Shown one piece after another: positions 26,521 to 38,374 of a stretch of DNA of 64,000 nt. The notes under the pieces are model-generated. The model searched no databases and was not told where the DNA came from. It saw only the letters and a program-made list of their open reading frames with translations. Numbering within the stretch: the stretch's first letter is position 1; every line of letters begins with the position of its first letter. The position numbers and the translations under genes are program-made. The DNA is from Octopus bimaculoides (taxonomy: Eukaryota), in NCBI RefSeq assembly GCF_001194135.2, contig NC_068996.1:36775538-36839537 (forward strand), read 5' to 3'.

Positions 26521-27915
26521 GGTTCTGAAGATCTCACACATATCATACTACATTAATCTAGAAATCTAAACACATTTTTTGAAAAAATAAATCTTTTGAT
26601 ATTTTTTTTGAATGACTAATAAGAAATAATATATTCACCACCACTATTCAACCTCCATTTTCCATGCCGGCATGAGCTGAACAATGACAGGAGCCAGCAA
26701 GATAGAAGATTGTGCTAAGTTCCAGTGTTTATTATGTCATGGTTTCTATGGCTGGAATCCCTTCCTGATGCCTACCATTTTACAGAGTGTACTGACTGGG
26801 TACCTGTTATAAGGTACTGGAACCAGTAACATCAGCAGGTAACTTACAAGATAAGGCACCCTCATCTGAGGGTGTGTAGATTTAAGTGAGGTAGCTTTGA
26901 GCCAGGTGATGAAAGGTTAAAGAATAACAGAGGGACAGAAACAGGTGTTTTGCTGTAGAGAAGATACATGCCTACCTCAATTGGAAAAGAGAGAGTAGAG
27001 AGAAAGAGTGGGGGGAGATAATGGTGAAAATGTGTCAGGGTGTACCCTCAAGTTAGAGAGAAGTGAATATAAGTGAAGTGGTACAGAGGAATGAACGTGT
27101 GTGTGTATATATATATATATATATACTTGGAGCCGGGTGAGTATGTATAATACACATGTGTGTATGTATTATATATGTCTCTCTCCTTCCCCAACACCCT
27201 TACAACCTTTACCCAGCTACACTCCTGTTTCCTGTCTCCACTCATTTCTTACTCACCTGATATCTTCTTGAGGGTCCACCCACACACCTCATGACAACTA
27301 TTCTTATCACAGCTATTTTTATCTCTTTCCTGCTGCACCTCAGTCCCACCCCCACCTCCAACATCTAAAGTATGAATAACCATGCAGCTCTCCTACAGCA
27401 AGAACCCACTCCCCCACCCCGTTTCTGCTCTGGTCTCTTCTCTTGTACTTTAACTCGTTTCCTAGCATAAAGCAGCCTCTCTTGGGGTTCATAGTCTTGT
27501 GAGCTGCATAATGACCTTTATAGTGCTGGTACCATGAAAAGAAAAGTACACAGAGAAACCACGCCAAAGCAAGCAAACACGCACACACACACACACACGT
27601 GGCACACACATATGTCAATGAGCGAACATACTACATTGTTTCAAACATAGAAATCTAAGGAAGTTTTACCACAAAAACAGGAAGTTAAAAAAGTTACAAG
27701 AGGAAGTGGTATTTCATAACCAGGATATTTTGTTTTATAGACCTGCATTATAACTATCCTTCCTTTTCTAAGCCTTTTCTGAGGTGTTAGGGTGAGATGA
27801 GGGAACTTAGCTACTGTTTCTGGCAGGTCGAGTGAATAATATGTAGAAATTTCACATTTGGCTTATTCTTTTCTGTGCAGATAGTCCCCAAATCACTGTC
27901 AAAACACTATTTTAA

Positions 27916-28127
27916 CCACTTTAGCATTAAAACCAGACATCCAGCCCAAACTTGTTTTGTGTTCAAACTTACCAGATCAGGCCTCTCACACCTACTCTGC
28001 AAAGTCATTCTAAAAATAAACAATCCCATCATCAAAATCTCGAAGTTACAAGATAATGCTTGATTAATTGAAAACAACGTGAATAAATAAGCATTACATT
28101 TGACAGAGAAACCTGAATGCTGAAGGG
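27916..28127. mobile_element. piggyBac-like MITE, family 1
   Basis: ttaa|ccactttagcatt...gaatgctgaaggg|ttaa. Confidence 0.7.
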
Positions 28128-29639
28128 TTAAAGGTAGTTTAGACATAGCTGAGTACATTTATCTTAAACAAGTTCTTCAACATAATTGTCTAAGGTAAGA
28201 TGTCATTTTATAGATTAAGTGTTTACAAACATATTGAGGAGGGTTTTGTATAGCGTCATCAGACTGTCAGACATGTATTTCCACATGGTTAAACCTTAAG
28301 TTATATATACTGCTACAGCTGTTCATGATCTAGTTACCCTCCATGCATCTGACCCACTTTCTCTGTAAATTCTGTTGTACTATTGTACACTTAAAAAGCA
28401 TCCAGTCCACACTGTGAAGTGGTTGACATTTGAAAGGGTATCCAGCAGTAAAATCCATGCCAAAACAGACCTCGCCTGTGTTGGTACATGAAAAGCACTC
28501 AGTCCACTCTGCAGGGTGGTTAGTGTTAAGAAGGGCATCCAACTGCAAAAACCCAGCCAAAATAAACACAATAGTCTTCTACCTAGCTGGCTCCAGTCAA
28601 ACCGTCCAACCCATGCCAGCATGGAAGGCGGACATATTAAACGATGACAATTATCACACGCCCACACACACACTGTTGATAGTTCAGTTACTTCAATGAG
28701 TCACCTTGTTTGATGATAACAATGAGGTTATCATAGTAGACACATATTTTGCCCACTAATATTGATATAGCCAAGTTTAAAGACTCAGCTATACGCACCT
28801 GATGTTCACCAACTTCCAATCACCTCAACAATTGCAATTTTACATCCAATATGAGGTTTTCCATAGCACCTTAAATGAACTTTCAGGATTTATGGTTGCA
28901 GCCATTTCCCACTCGTAATGGGTAAATAGTTGTGCGAACAATTTGGATGTATGGAGAAGTATGTACGAGTATCATCATCATGATCACCATCATTATCATC
29001 ATTTTAACATCCATGTTTCCATGCTTGCATGGGTCAGATGGAATTTGCTGAGGTGAGTTTTGTATCGCCAGATGACCTTCCTGTTGCCAGTCCTCCCCTG
29101 TTTCCAAGTGAGCTAATATTTCCCCATGACCAGGAATGCTTTCATGGAAAGTTAGAAATGAAGGACACCACCTGCATGACAGTGATACCTGTTTACACCT
29201 ATTATGTGATTTTAAAACAAGGAGACATAATCTCAGACAGACAGACAGACAGACAGACAGATACACACACATACACACATGACAGGCTTCTTTTAGTTTC
29301 CATCTACCAAATCTACTTATTCATAAGGTTTTGGTCAGCTAGGGGGCTATTATAGAAGACACTTGCTCAAAGTGCCAATAGTGGGACTAAACTTGGAAGT
29401 ATGCAGTCGGGAAGCAAGCTTATTACACAGCTATGCTGATACCTATTCATGAGTATAACTCATGGCTTTGTATGTTTCTTCAGAATTTCGTTTTCTAGGG
29501 AAATACTTTCTAAGAAAACACTTTTTGGCAGAGAAAAATACTTTGTCATTCACTTTTAGTGTTATAGGATAGACAGTGAGAAACAGTAATCATCTGTCTT
29601 TATCTTTTATCTTTTAACATTATTCTCTTTTACTCTTTA

Positions 29640-29960
29640 CTCTTTTACTTGTTTCAGTCATTTGACTGTGGCCATGCTGGAGCACCGCCTTTTTTTAGTT
29701 GAGCAAATCGACCCCCAGGACTTATTCTTTCTAAGCCTAGTACTTATTCTATTGGTCTCTTTTGCTGAATCGCTAAGTTACGGGGACATAAACACACCAG
29801 CATATATACAATGGTCTTCTTTCAGTTTCTGTCTACCAAATCCACACACAAGGCTTTGGTCGGCCCGAGGCTATAGTAGAAGACACTTGCCCAAGGTCCC
29901 ACGCAGTGGGACTGAACCCGGAACCATGTGGATCGTAAGCATGCTACTTACGCCTATATT
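29640..29960 (-). mobile_element. Near full-length tRNA-derived SINE of the same family
   Basis: Head at the right end (gcagtgggactgaacccggaacc), body, and (ctttta)n tail on the plus strand. Confidence 0.85.
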
Positions 29961-30019
29961 ATTATTGCAAATTTTATTCTAACTTCACATTTAAACAACC
30001 TTCACCATGGAATGAAATT

Positions 30020-30410
30020 AAAGATGTGAAACAGCAAGGGAGAGAATGAGGTGAAAGAATGAGACGATAGAGGATGGAAGCAAAAAGCTGGAAACGAGAC
30101 CGTTTAAGACACAATCAAGAACAAAGAAAGCTCAGCATAATAGAACATGAACAAGTAGGATGTCTACAGTAACAAAGAGAAAGTCAGTAGATGCCAAAAT
30201 AATGAGCTAATTGCTATGATACAACTTTGAGAGACAGAAATGCAATGAAGCAACATGAACTAACAATAGCAAGCAGAATACTGGGGATAAAACTTCGAAA
30301 AAGAGTACCAAGTATGCTGAGAAAATCTGAATTAAGAATAGAGATTTAATTTGAGAAATGCTCCAAGACATCATCAGAGAAGATCTGGTGGGTGTTTCAC
30401 TCATTTATCT
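30020..30410 (+). mobile_element. RTE-like LINE relic
   Basis: ASRILGIKLRKRVP motif and a degenerate W..H motif downstream. Confidence 0.4.
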
Positions 30411-30543
30411 TAAAAGTTCTTCAACATTATAAAACAGTGTTATGAAGATATAGCAATTGGTGCATCGAAACAGAAATACGGACATTAATAAAACATAATA
30501 TTTCCATGTTCCCACAAGTTATTATAATAATATATTGTCTCCA

Positions 30544-30766
30544 TAGGGCGGCAAACTAGCAGAATCGTTAGCACACCGGGTGAAATGTAAGCGGTATTTT
30601 GTTTGCTGTTATGTTCTGAGTTCAAATTCCGCTGAAGTCAACTATGCCTTTCATCCTTTCGGGGTCGATTAAATAAGTACCAGTTTCGCACTGGGGTTGA
30701 TGTAATCGACTTAATCCCTTTGTCTGTCCCTTCTATGTTTAGCCTCCATTGGGCAATAAAGAAATA
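30544..30766 (+). mobile_element. tRNA-derived SINE with Nin/Deu-like central domain and 15-bp TSD
   Basis: Head ggcggcaaactagcagaatcgttagc, B-box gagttcaaattcc, core gcctttcatcctttcggggtcgat, TSD AATATATTGTCTCCA (30529-30543 and 30767-30781). Older copies at 7545-7955(-, two), 8600-8750(-) and 9610-9740(+). The Nin/Deu label is from memory. Confidence 0.85.
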
Positions 30767-32679
30767 AATATATTGTCTCCAAGAGAAATTTAGTACTATA
30801 GGGAATCAATACTAAGCAAAACATTACTGCATATATAGGGAGCCTGGTGCAGCCTGCTGGCTTGCCAGACCTCAGTCAAACCATCCAACCCATGCCAGCA
30901 TGGAAAACGGATGTTAAACGATGATGATGATGATGACATACAAGTTCATATGTGTTTGTTTGTATGTATGCGTGTACGTGTAGTTACTAAGAAAGGCTGC
31001 TGAGCTGTAGATCATGACATGAGATCATGACATGATCCTCTAATTTATTCAAGAGGGCAATATCTCTTAGTAAGAACTGCCTCAGGCCATGACACTTATC
31101 CAGCATTTGGCAGCATGGAAGAAACCATAAATTTTGATGACAAATATATATGGACATGCGTGCGTGCATCTGTGTGTATTTGTTTCTGAGTTTGCTTATA
31201 CATACTAACTAAAAACTAGTTTTTCTCATATTGCATCCATAAGTATTACACACACATTTATTAATTTTATTTCCATTCTTTTCCAATCTAGCACAGGTTA
31301 GATGAATGTATTAAGGTATGTTTTTTTTTTTACAAGTAGATGCATTTCCTGTCACTAACCCTTACTTGTTTTTCAACTAAGTGATCTCTTATTCCAACAT
31401 TTTTGAAGACACAAAGCCAGCAAACAATTTCTTGACATGGGAAATAACAACATCACCATTTACTACTTAGCAATTTTCAGAGATGCACAAATGTAAACAA
31501 ACACAGTTACACATACATATACATACACACACACACACACACATTTACACACACTCATACACTTAATATATACAATGGGTTTCTTTCAATTTCCTTCCAC
31601 CAAATTCACTCACAAGACTTTGGTCAGCACATGACTTTAGGAGAAGACACTTGCCCAAAGTGCCACACAGTGGAACAGAACCTGAAACCGTACAGCTGGG
31701 AAACAAACTCATTAACCACACAGCCATATATAATATATATATATACACACACACATTTTGATTTGTGAATACTTTGAACAATCTTCCAAATTGGTCAGTA
31801 AGTAAAACCTGGGTTTGAGGAGCCTAAGTTGTAAACAGTTGAGGAAACTAGTTGTCCTGCAGATCCTGCAGATGTCAACAAGTTTAATGAAAAAATAAAA
31901 CATCTATGGTGATCTAATGAGACTCTAGTCGGATTATAAGTTCACATTTATAACAGATTTATTATTGGGCCACTTGGTTATGTAACTAACTACCTCACTA
32001 CCGATCTTAGGAAACTGGTCTTCACAAAACCAGGATACTGGTTAATGTAACTAATTACATCACGTCCAACCTTAAGAAACTCGACTTCACAAAACTAGAA
32101 AGAACATCAAAACAACCACATCTAATTAGAGTGCTATAAGTCATTAATAGAACTGTAAATATATTCATAAGTTCAGCCTGCGCTAAGTACACATACATGC
32201 GTAGACATGTAAACATCTATACAAACATAAATCAAAACACAAATTACCATACACATACACAAATGTAAACATGTTTATACATAATTCAAAACACAGATTC
32301 ACATGCTCTCTCTCTCTTTCACATACATTCACACATGCAATGACATGTATGCACACACGTGCCAGTACATACTTACATGGCTTCCTACTTTATGCCTATT
32401 ATGTAAATTTTAGTGAGAACTTTGTTTCTAGTTTAGTGACTAATTTTCTTTTCTACTGGTGAGAAATTTGAAAAAGAAAACCAGAATAAACGCAACATCC
32501 ATGCACACATACAGACACACAGGTATGCATGCAGAGATACACACACACACATGTCCAGAAATACATACATAAACAAATACATAGTACATACTGTGAATAG
32601 ACCAACACTTCAGCGAGTAGAGTTGCTAGAACCCCAATAGGATGAAAACAATTACCAAAAGAATAAACGTAGCCAGCTT

Positions 32680-34030
32680 AGAGTTAATGATTATTGAGAA
32701 ATTCCAGAAGAGTAGGCTAGCCTTGGTTGGCAACCAATCTAAGAAAAGGACAACTCTGGGTTCGTTAGCCTTGTTAGGTCATCCATTAAAAAGGGTATTC
32801 CAATGTAACACCTATGATATATAGATCTTGCTGCCAATGTCTCAGATTACTAGATCATGGTAGATGAACCCCCAGGTTAATATATCCAGTACATATTTTC
32901 TTCCAAAATCTGGCAGCTACTAATGGTGTTAGCCTTTGAGTCTGCAAGTATCATACACTAAGTCTCCATCTTGTTAAAAAAAAAAACCAAGACAAATATA
33001 CCCTGACATGTATTGCTTTCCTTGGTCATTGTTACCAATGCAAATGTTGACATTCATTCACAATTTGCATTGTTCCAGATCATAACATCCCAAAGTGTGT
33101 ATACATACAGCTAGAGAATGCCTGCAAAATTCAAATTTCCAGTTAAACTTCACTGAATTCACACTCATTGCAGAATGTAATTACTGCTTTGGCATCTGTG
33201 GAGACTGACATGCTTGTCATCCAAGTGGAATAGGGCATATATTTGCAAGATGGCCAACTAGCACATAGACAAAGCTACCTTTATACCTGCTGCAGTAGAA
33301 AGAACACTGAAGATTCTAGAAATAAAAACTCTCCCCAAGCATACATTATATCAATGCAATGTAGTTGTCACTTGTCTCATGAAAGGGACACATTTAACCA
33401 TCGGTCCTTCAAAACTATTCAATCTTTAGTTAGCCACTACTGATATTGGTTAGAATTTCTAATGATACAGTGTGGGTTTTGTTCTAAGTGGCAGGGCTAA
33501 TGTACCTCTTGCTGTGCTGGGAGCCAATATCTGTGTCAGTTTGCTTGGATCCTTCTAAAAGCAATCTTAGAAGTCTATGTGCCAACTTTAGGTGGTGATA
33601 ATAGTGTGAATGATTATTTCTACAGATCTCCTGGAAGCTGCTAACAAGACTTTCAATAAAGATCTAATCATTGCAGGAAAGTGAAATATAAAGATGATAC
33701 CAGTAACAGAAACATTTTTGGTAGATTTGGTAGTTAATGATTGTAGCACATGTGAGAATGTTTAGTAAATTTTGTTGCATCCATTTAGTGAACCATTTAG
33801 AACATTCTGTCATATGGCAGCAGAACAAATATTTCCTTATTTGCTCTCATTGTGCCAGCTGTATACTTGACAATCGGTTTTATCATAAGGCTGAAACATG
33901 TAGTGTGATTGTCTCAGATATGATCATCAAAATTTCACATAAATCTAAGAGCCACCAAACCATCCAAAAGATCATCAAAGTAATGATATGCCAAGCTAAA
34001 ATATAACAATGTGGTCCTCCAACTCTCGGG
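32680..34030 (-). mobile_element. Heavily decayed Ngaro/DIRS-like tyrosine-recombinase retrotransposon
   Basis: Ordered motifs on the minus strand: YHYFDDLL (33990-33964, cf. HYLDDFL), L.GSLN.C, TDT..IG (about 33540), FGML*SG (33097-33072, cf. YR FGFLRxGE), and SF..IG (about 32745, cf. HSFRIG). Confidence 0.4.
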
Positions 34031-34926
34031 GATAAGTGACTACATGCATATAAAAAGTTACTACATGTGTATACATCCATACATATATCATGGACTCTGC
34101 TATCATTAAACAGATGGGAGTTTCACATTTTCTTGCCAAACAACCACAAAGATGATTTGTTTATAGTGATCAAATATGTTTGTGTTGCACGTAAACTCAT
34201 TTGTTCCAGGCGCATAAGTGTGCCATACATCAGATGTTGAAATGATTGAAGAGCAACATGAAATGAAGTGTCTTGCTCAAGAACACAATGCATTGTCCAG
34301 TCTAGGAATCAAAATCACAATCTCATAATCATGAGTGTAACACCCTAACCACTAGACCATGTGCATTCACACACACACTTGTTACATATATAAAACAAAG
34401 TTACAGACCTTCTCTCTCATGAAAGTCTCTGTAAAATATGTCTTTATATTTGTAATGTTTGGAATGTCAAGAACAATATGCCATCATAAACATGAATGGC
34501 AGCTTCTCAAAGGTCCTTGCTACAAACTGTTGTAAACAAGTGAGCAAAACCAGAGATACACTAAGCACTGACAGATTCTAACATTCCAGTTGTACAATTC
34601 TTATAGCAGAAAATTGTATTGCCATCTAAATTAAGGTCTTCAATAGTATAAGTGTCTCCCAAAATGATTGGAAATGGTCTCCAAAGTTTCTTCTGAGACT
34701 TTGGAAAAAGGTATGTTCCTGCATTACTCCCTAACATTCCACATCAACCATCAGTGAAAGCTACAACCAAACCTGAGAAACCTCCACTAATTCAACGATC
34801 AACCAAATACATAGACTGGGAAACAAAATCACTGCACCTAGGGACATGTGTGTGTGTATGCATGCAAGTTTTGTATGTGTCCATACATGTTCATGTGTAT
34901 TTGTGCATGTGGATGAGTATGAACAT

Positions 34927-35035
<109 letters not shown>

Positions 35036-35112
35036 TGTATGCATTTGTACGAATAGGTGATTGTATTTTTTCTTAATTTGTGTTGTACATTTTGCATATG
35101 TAAGTTCATGTG

Positions 35113-35158
<46 letters not shown>

Positions 35159-35344
35159 TAAAGATAAAATTACTGTGCAATTACCTCAACCTAATTTACT
35201 CTACTCAGATAAAATAATGTTTTATACTTAAATGCATTGTTGTTTCAGCACATGAATGAGATTATTAAAATCTACTTAACAATAATAAAAAAAGAAATCA
35301 GGGAAAAATAAATTTATTCCAATTTTTACAAGCCTTAATTTTAA

Positions 35345-36134
35345 ACCTTTAGTTGCTATGTTTCTATCGAAACACACTGCCTTTGTTTTATTTGATTTTG
35401 AAAATAATAAAGAATTTAGCAAAATAATAATAATTAAGCAGATGTTTGAAACAAATTAACATGAAATTTGAATGGACGGTTTTAATTTAGACCACTTTAA
35501 ATGTGACAGTTTCAGTTTGGATGCTGACCAAAAGGTTTAACCCATTCGCATTTAAATCAGCCATATTTGGCCCAACTATTGTACCTGTTTTATGTTCAAA
35601 ATGGCTAGATCCAGCCTCTCACACCCACCTTCCAATGTTAGTCACATAATTGAAATCTCAATGCTACGAGATTATGCAGGATAAATTGAAAACAATGAAT
35701 AAATAAGCATTACATTGGACAGAGTAAGCTGAACGCTAAAAGATTAAACTGTTGCATTTGAAGTGTTTAGTTACTCTTTATAATAGAGAGCTTACAGATC
35801 ATGATAAGGATTATGCAAATTGTACTATTAAGATTATAAAATGATAAACTGTAGAGTATTGAAAATATCACAGGAATTGTTAATCTGCAATATCAAATAC
35901 TAAATAATGATTTAACCCTTTAAAATTCAGATTACTTTGTCAATGCAATGCTGATTTATTCACATTGTTTTGAATTAATCATGCATTATCTTGTAGCTTC
36001 AAGATTTCGATGATGTAATTGCATATTCTTTGAATGACATTATAGTACTGGAGCAAGAGACTAGTTCTGACTGGTTTCAACATGAAACAAATGGAATATT
36101 TAGGTTGGGTATGGCCAGTTTAAATGCTAAAGGG
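35345..36134. mobile_element. Cluster of three piggyBac-like MITEs (35345-35536 family 2; 35541-35743 and 35916-36134 family 1)
   Basis: Each copy is bounded by TTAA with CCCTTT/AAAGGG-like ends. The first two share the TTAA at 35537-35540. Confidence 0.7.
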
Positions 36135-36303
36135 TTAAAACAGATGTCACAAGCTTGAATATTCTGGTAGTTATTGAGAAAGAGATTGGGCTGCTATATT
36201 TATGACTTCTGCAGTATGTAAATATAACAGAACCATGTAAAATGTGCTACAGGTTCAATAGGATACACTTTGCAAATTCTAAAACATTTGCCAACACTTC
36301 CAA

Positions 36304-36430
36304 TCAGGCAGTTTGCCAGTGTGTATATTCTGTTGAGATCAAAGGTTTGTATTTCGACAAGTATCTACTTAGAGAATGTTGCAAATGGGCAAGTTCCTTG
36401 CTTCTGCATAACTTTTCTTGTCTTAGCTCA
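36304..36430 (-). CDS. Probable terminal coding exon: (Y)ELRQEKLCRSKELAHLQHSLSRYLSKYKPLISTEYTHWQTA*
   Basis: Acceptor tattttctgcag|, phase-2 start compatible with the exon at 36716, stop TGA at 36304-36306. Confidence 0.45.
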
Positions 36431-36715
36431 CTGCAGAAAATACATCCTGTTTTACAAATTATTGACGGGGCAGTAGATCTTTTAAACAAGGGGAGGTCCT
36501 ACAGGGGTATTTTGGTCACTTTTTCATACATTTTTAAAATTAGGGTATCCATTTCATCTCAGGATATTATGGAATGTTAACACGATTTGTCTTCTTTCTA
36601 TCTCACTACATTTATTTTAAATATGATGTAGCTTAGTTTCATTGAAAGTTCCTAAGGACAATTTGAGGTGGATGAATAAACTGAGTCTCAAGGAAATAGA
36701 CTATGTTTTGCTAAC

Positions 36716-36821
36716 TATTTTTGGCTGAAAAACAGTGATTTCATTGGTGGTTTCACATAGAAACCAATGTCTACATCAGCTGCCTGCTCAACCAAACGAC
36801 TTGAAAATATTGCTTGCTTTT
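36716..36821 (-). CDS. Exon: (E)KQAIFSSRLVEQAADVDIGFYVKPPMKSLFFSQK(Y)
   Basis: Very strong acceptor (long T-run)atgtgcag|, single open frame, donor TA|GTTAGC. The split codon TA|T joins the exon at 36430 in frame. Confidence 0.5.
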
Positions 36822-36880
36822 CTGCACATAAAAAAAAAAAAAATCTGTACTATTTTAGCCTTATTCCACACTGTATACAC

Positions 36881-37006
36881 CAACTGTTCTCCATAACTGA
36901 ATAACTTCTGTTTTGACAGTTGCATGTGTACAAAGGTTACAGGATAACCAACAGAATTTCTCAGGCTTCCTCATGAGGTAATTACAAAGATTAAGGCTTG
37001 TTATAA
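36881..37006 (-). CDS. Candidate exon: (x)ITSLNLCNYLMRKPEKFCWLSCNLCTHATVKTEVIQLWRTV
   Basis: Acceptor gagtatttcag| and a single open frame. Phase fits the next exon, but it needs a weak GTGTAT donor and a 59-nt intron. Confidence 0.35.
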
Positions 37007-37115
37007 CTGAAATACTCAGTAAACTAATTATTTTTATTTGCATTGTTAGATATATTTCCTTACTTTTCTGGTCATAAATTTCTGGAGTTATTACATTTAT
37101 TTTTTTGATTTTTAA

Positions 37116-37330
37116 GCCTTTAGCTTTTAAACTGGCCATACTCAGCTCAAACATTCTACCAGTTTTATGTTCAAACTGACCAGGTCTGGCCTTTCATACC
37201 TACCTACAATGTCATTCTAAAAATAACCAATCATATCACTGAAATCTCAAAACTATGAGATAATGCATGATTAATTCAAAACAATGTGAATAAATTTTAT
37301 GGTTGACACAGTAATCTGAATGCTAAAGGG
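37116..37330. mobile_element. piggyBac-like MITE, family 1
   Basis: ttaa|gcctttagc...gaatgctaaaggg|ttaa. Confidence 0.75.
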
Positions 37331-38084
37331 TTAAAGTAAAAATTGTAATAGTGTTCACACTTATAGCATTTACATATCATCATCATTATCATTTAACATT
37401 TGTTTTACATACTAGCATGGGTTGGTTGGCTAGGCAGAAGACTGCACCAGGCTTCATTCACTGCCTGTTTTGGCATGCTTTTTACAGATGGATGCTCTTC
37501 CTAACAACAACCACCTAACAGAGTAGAGTTACTGCTATTTTACGAGACACAAAAATTGGTGAGTGAAAAAAAAAAAAAAAGATTGAAGTAAATTTTTTTA
37601 CTGATCTAGAATTCAAGTTTCAATGTAAGATAATGATGAAATCAGAATAACTTCAACCAAATTAAAAACATTCACATCCAAAAGCAACAAGAAAAAAAAA
37701 AATGTTTTGTATTGAATATAGGAGAATATCTCTGATACAAGTTCATGGATTAGAAAATGTTTCACATCACTGTTTAAGTTGAATGGTTCAGCAAACAAGA
37801 TAACGGTAAAATAAAAAGGTTTCAAATTTCTATTTTTACACATTAATCTATCGAAATGAGAGATTACTGAAACAGCCTCACGTAGGTTTTGGCAAGATCG
37901 TACAGGAATGCAGTAGTGATGTGATATCAATTAGTTGAATTAGTACAGCTAGATCTAGCTTGGTCACCATTTCTATGACTATTATTTCTTTCACACTCAG
38001 ATAACCACACCAAAAATTGTCACAGTTGATTCCTTTTGGTGATCATAAATACATACAGCTTGAATTGATTAGTGTTGCATATTA

Positions 38085-38157
<73 letters not shown>

Positions 38158-38161
<4 letters not shown>

Positions 38162-38325
38162 GGTGCAGGAGTGGCTGTGTGGTAAGTAGCTTGCTTACCA
38201 ACCACATGGTTCCGGGTTCAGTCCCACTGCGTGGCACCTTGGGCAAGTGTCTTCTACTATAGCCTCGGGCTGACCAAAGCCTTCTGAGTGGATTTGGTAC
38301 ACGGAAACTAAAAGAAGCCCTTCGT
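38158..38325 (+). mobile_element. tRNA-derived SINE (most abundant family), young copy
   Basis: A-box-like tggctgtgtggt, B-box-like ggttcagtccc, body gcaccttgggcaagtgtcttctactatagcc. Copies near 16060-16310(-), 22315-22620(+), 22840-23165(-), 29280-29440(-), 31570-31720(-), 42050-42430(+), 46390-46610(+), 54920-55085(+) and 63410-63800(-). Confidence 0.85.
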
Positions 38326-38332
38326 ATGTATG

Positions 38333-38374
<42 letters not shown>

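Noticed and set aside
34560-34840. Protein-like frames on both strands
   Set aside because: Three competing frames and no consistent splice pair; unresolved.
36260-36480. Plus-strand exon pair (GSIGYTLQ...RSK / KIHPVLQ...)
   Set aside because: It overlaps a minus-strand exon with stronger splice sites, and its second donor is missing.
37613-37930. 105-aa minus-strand ORF
   Set aside because: Its length is within chance expectation for this window, and its splice phases do not link cleanly to neighbouring exons.
38158-38230. tRNA genes at SINE heads
   Set aside because: A/B boxes are present, but there is no cloverleaf and each continues into a SINE body.
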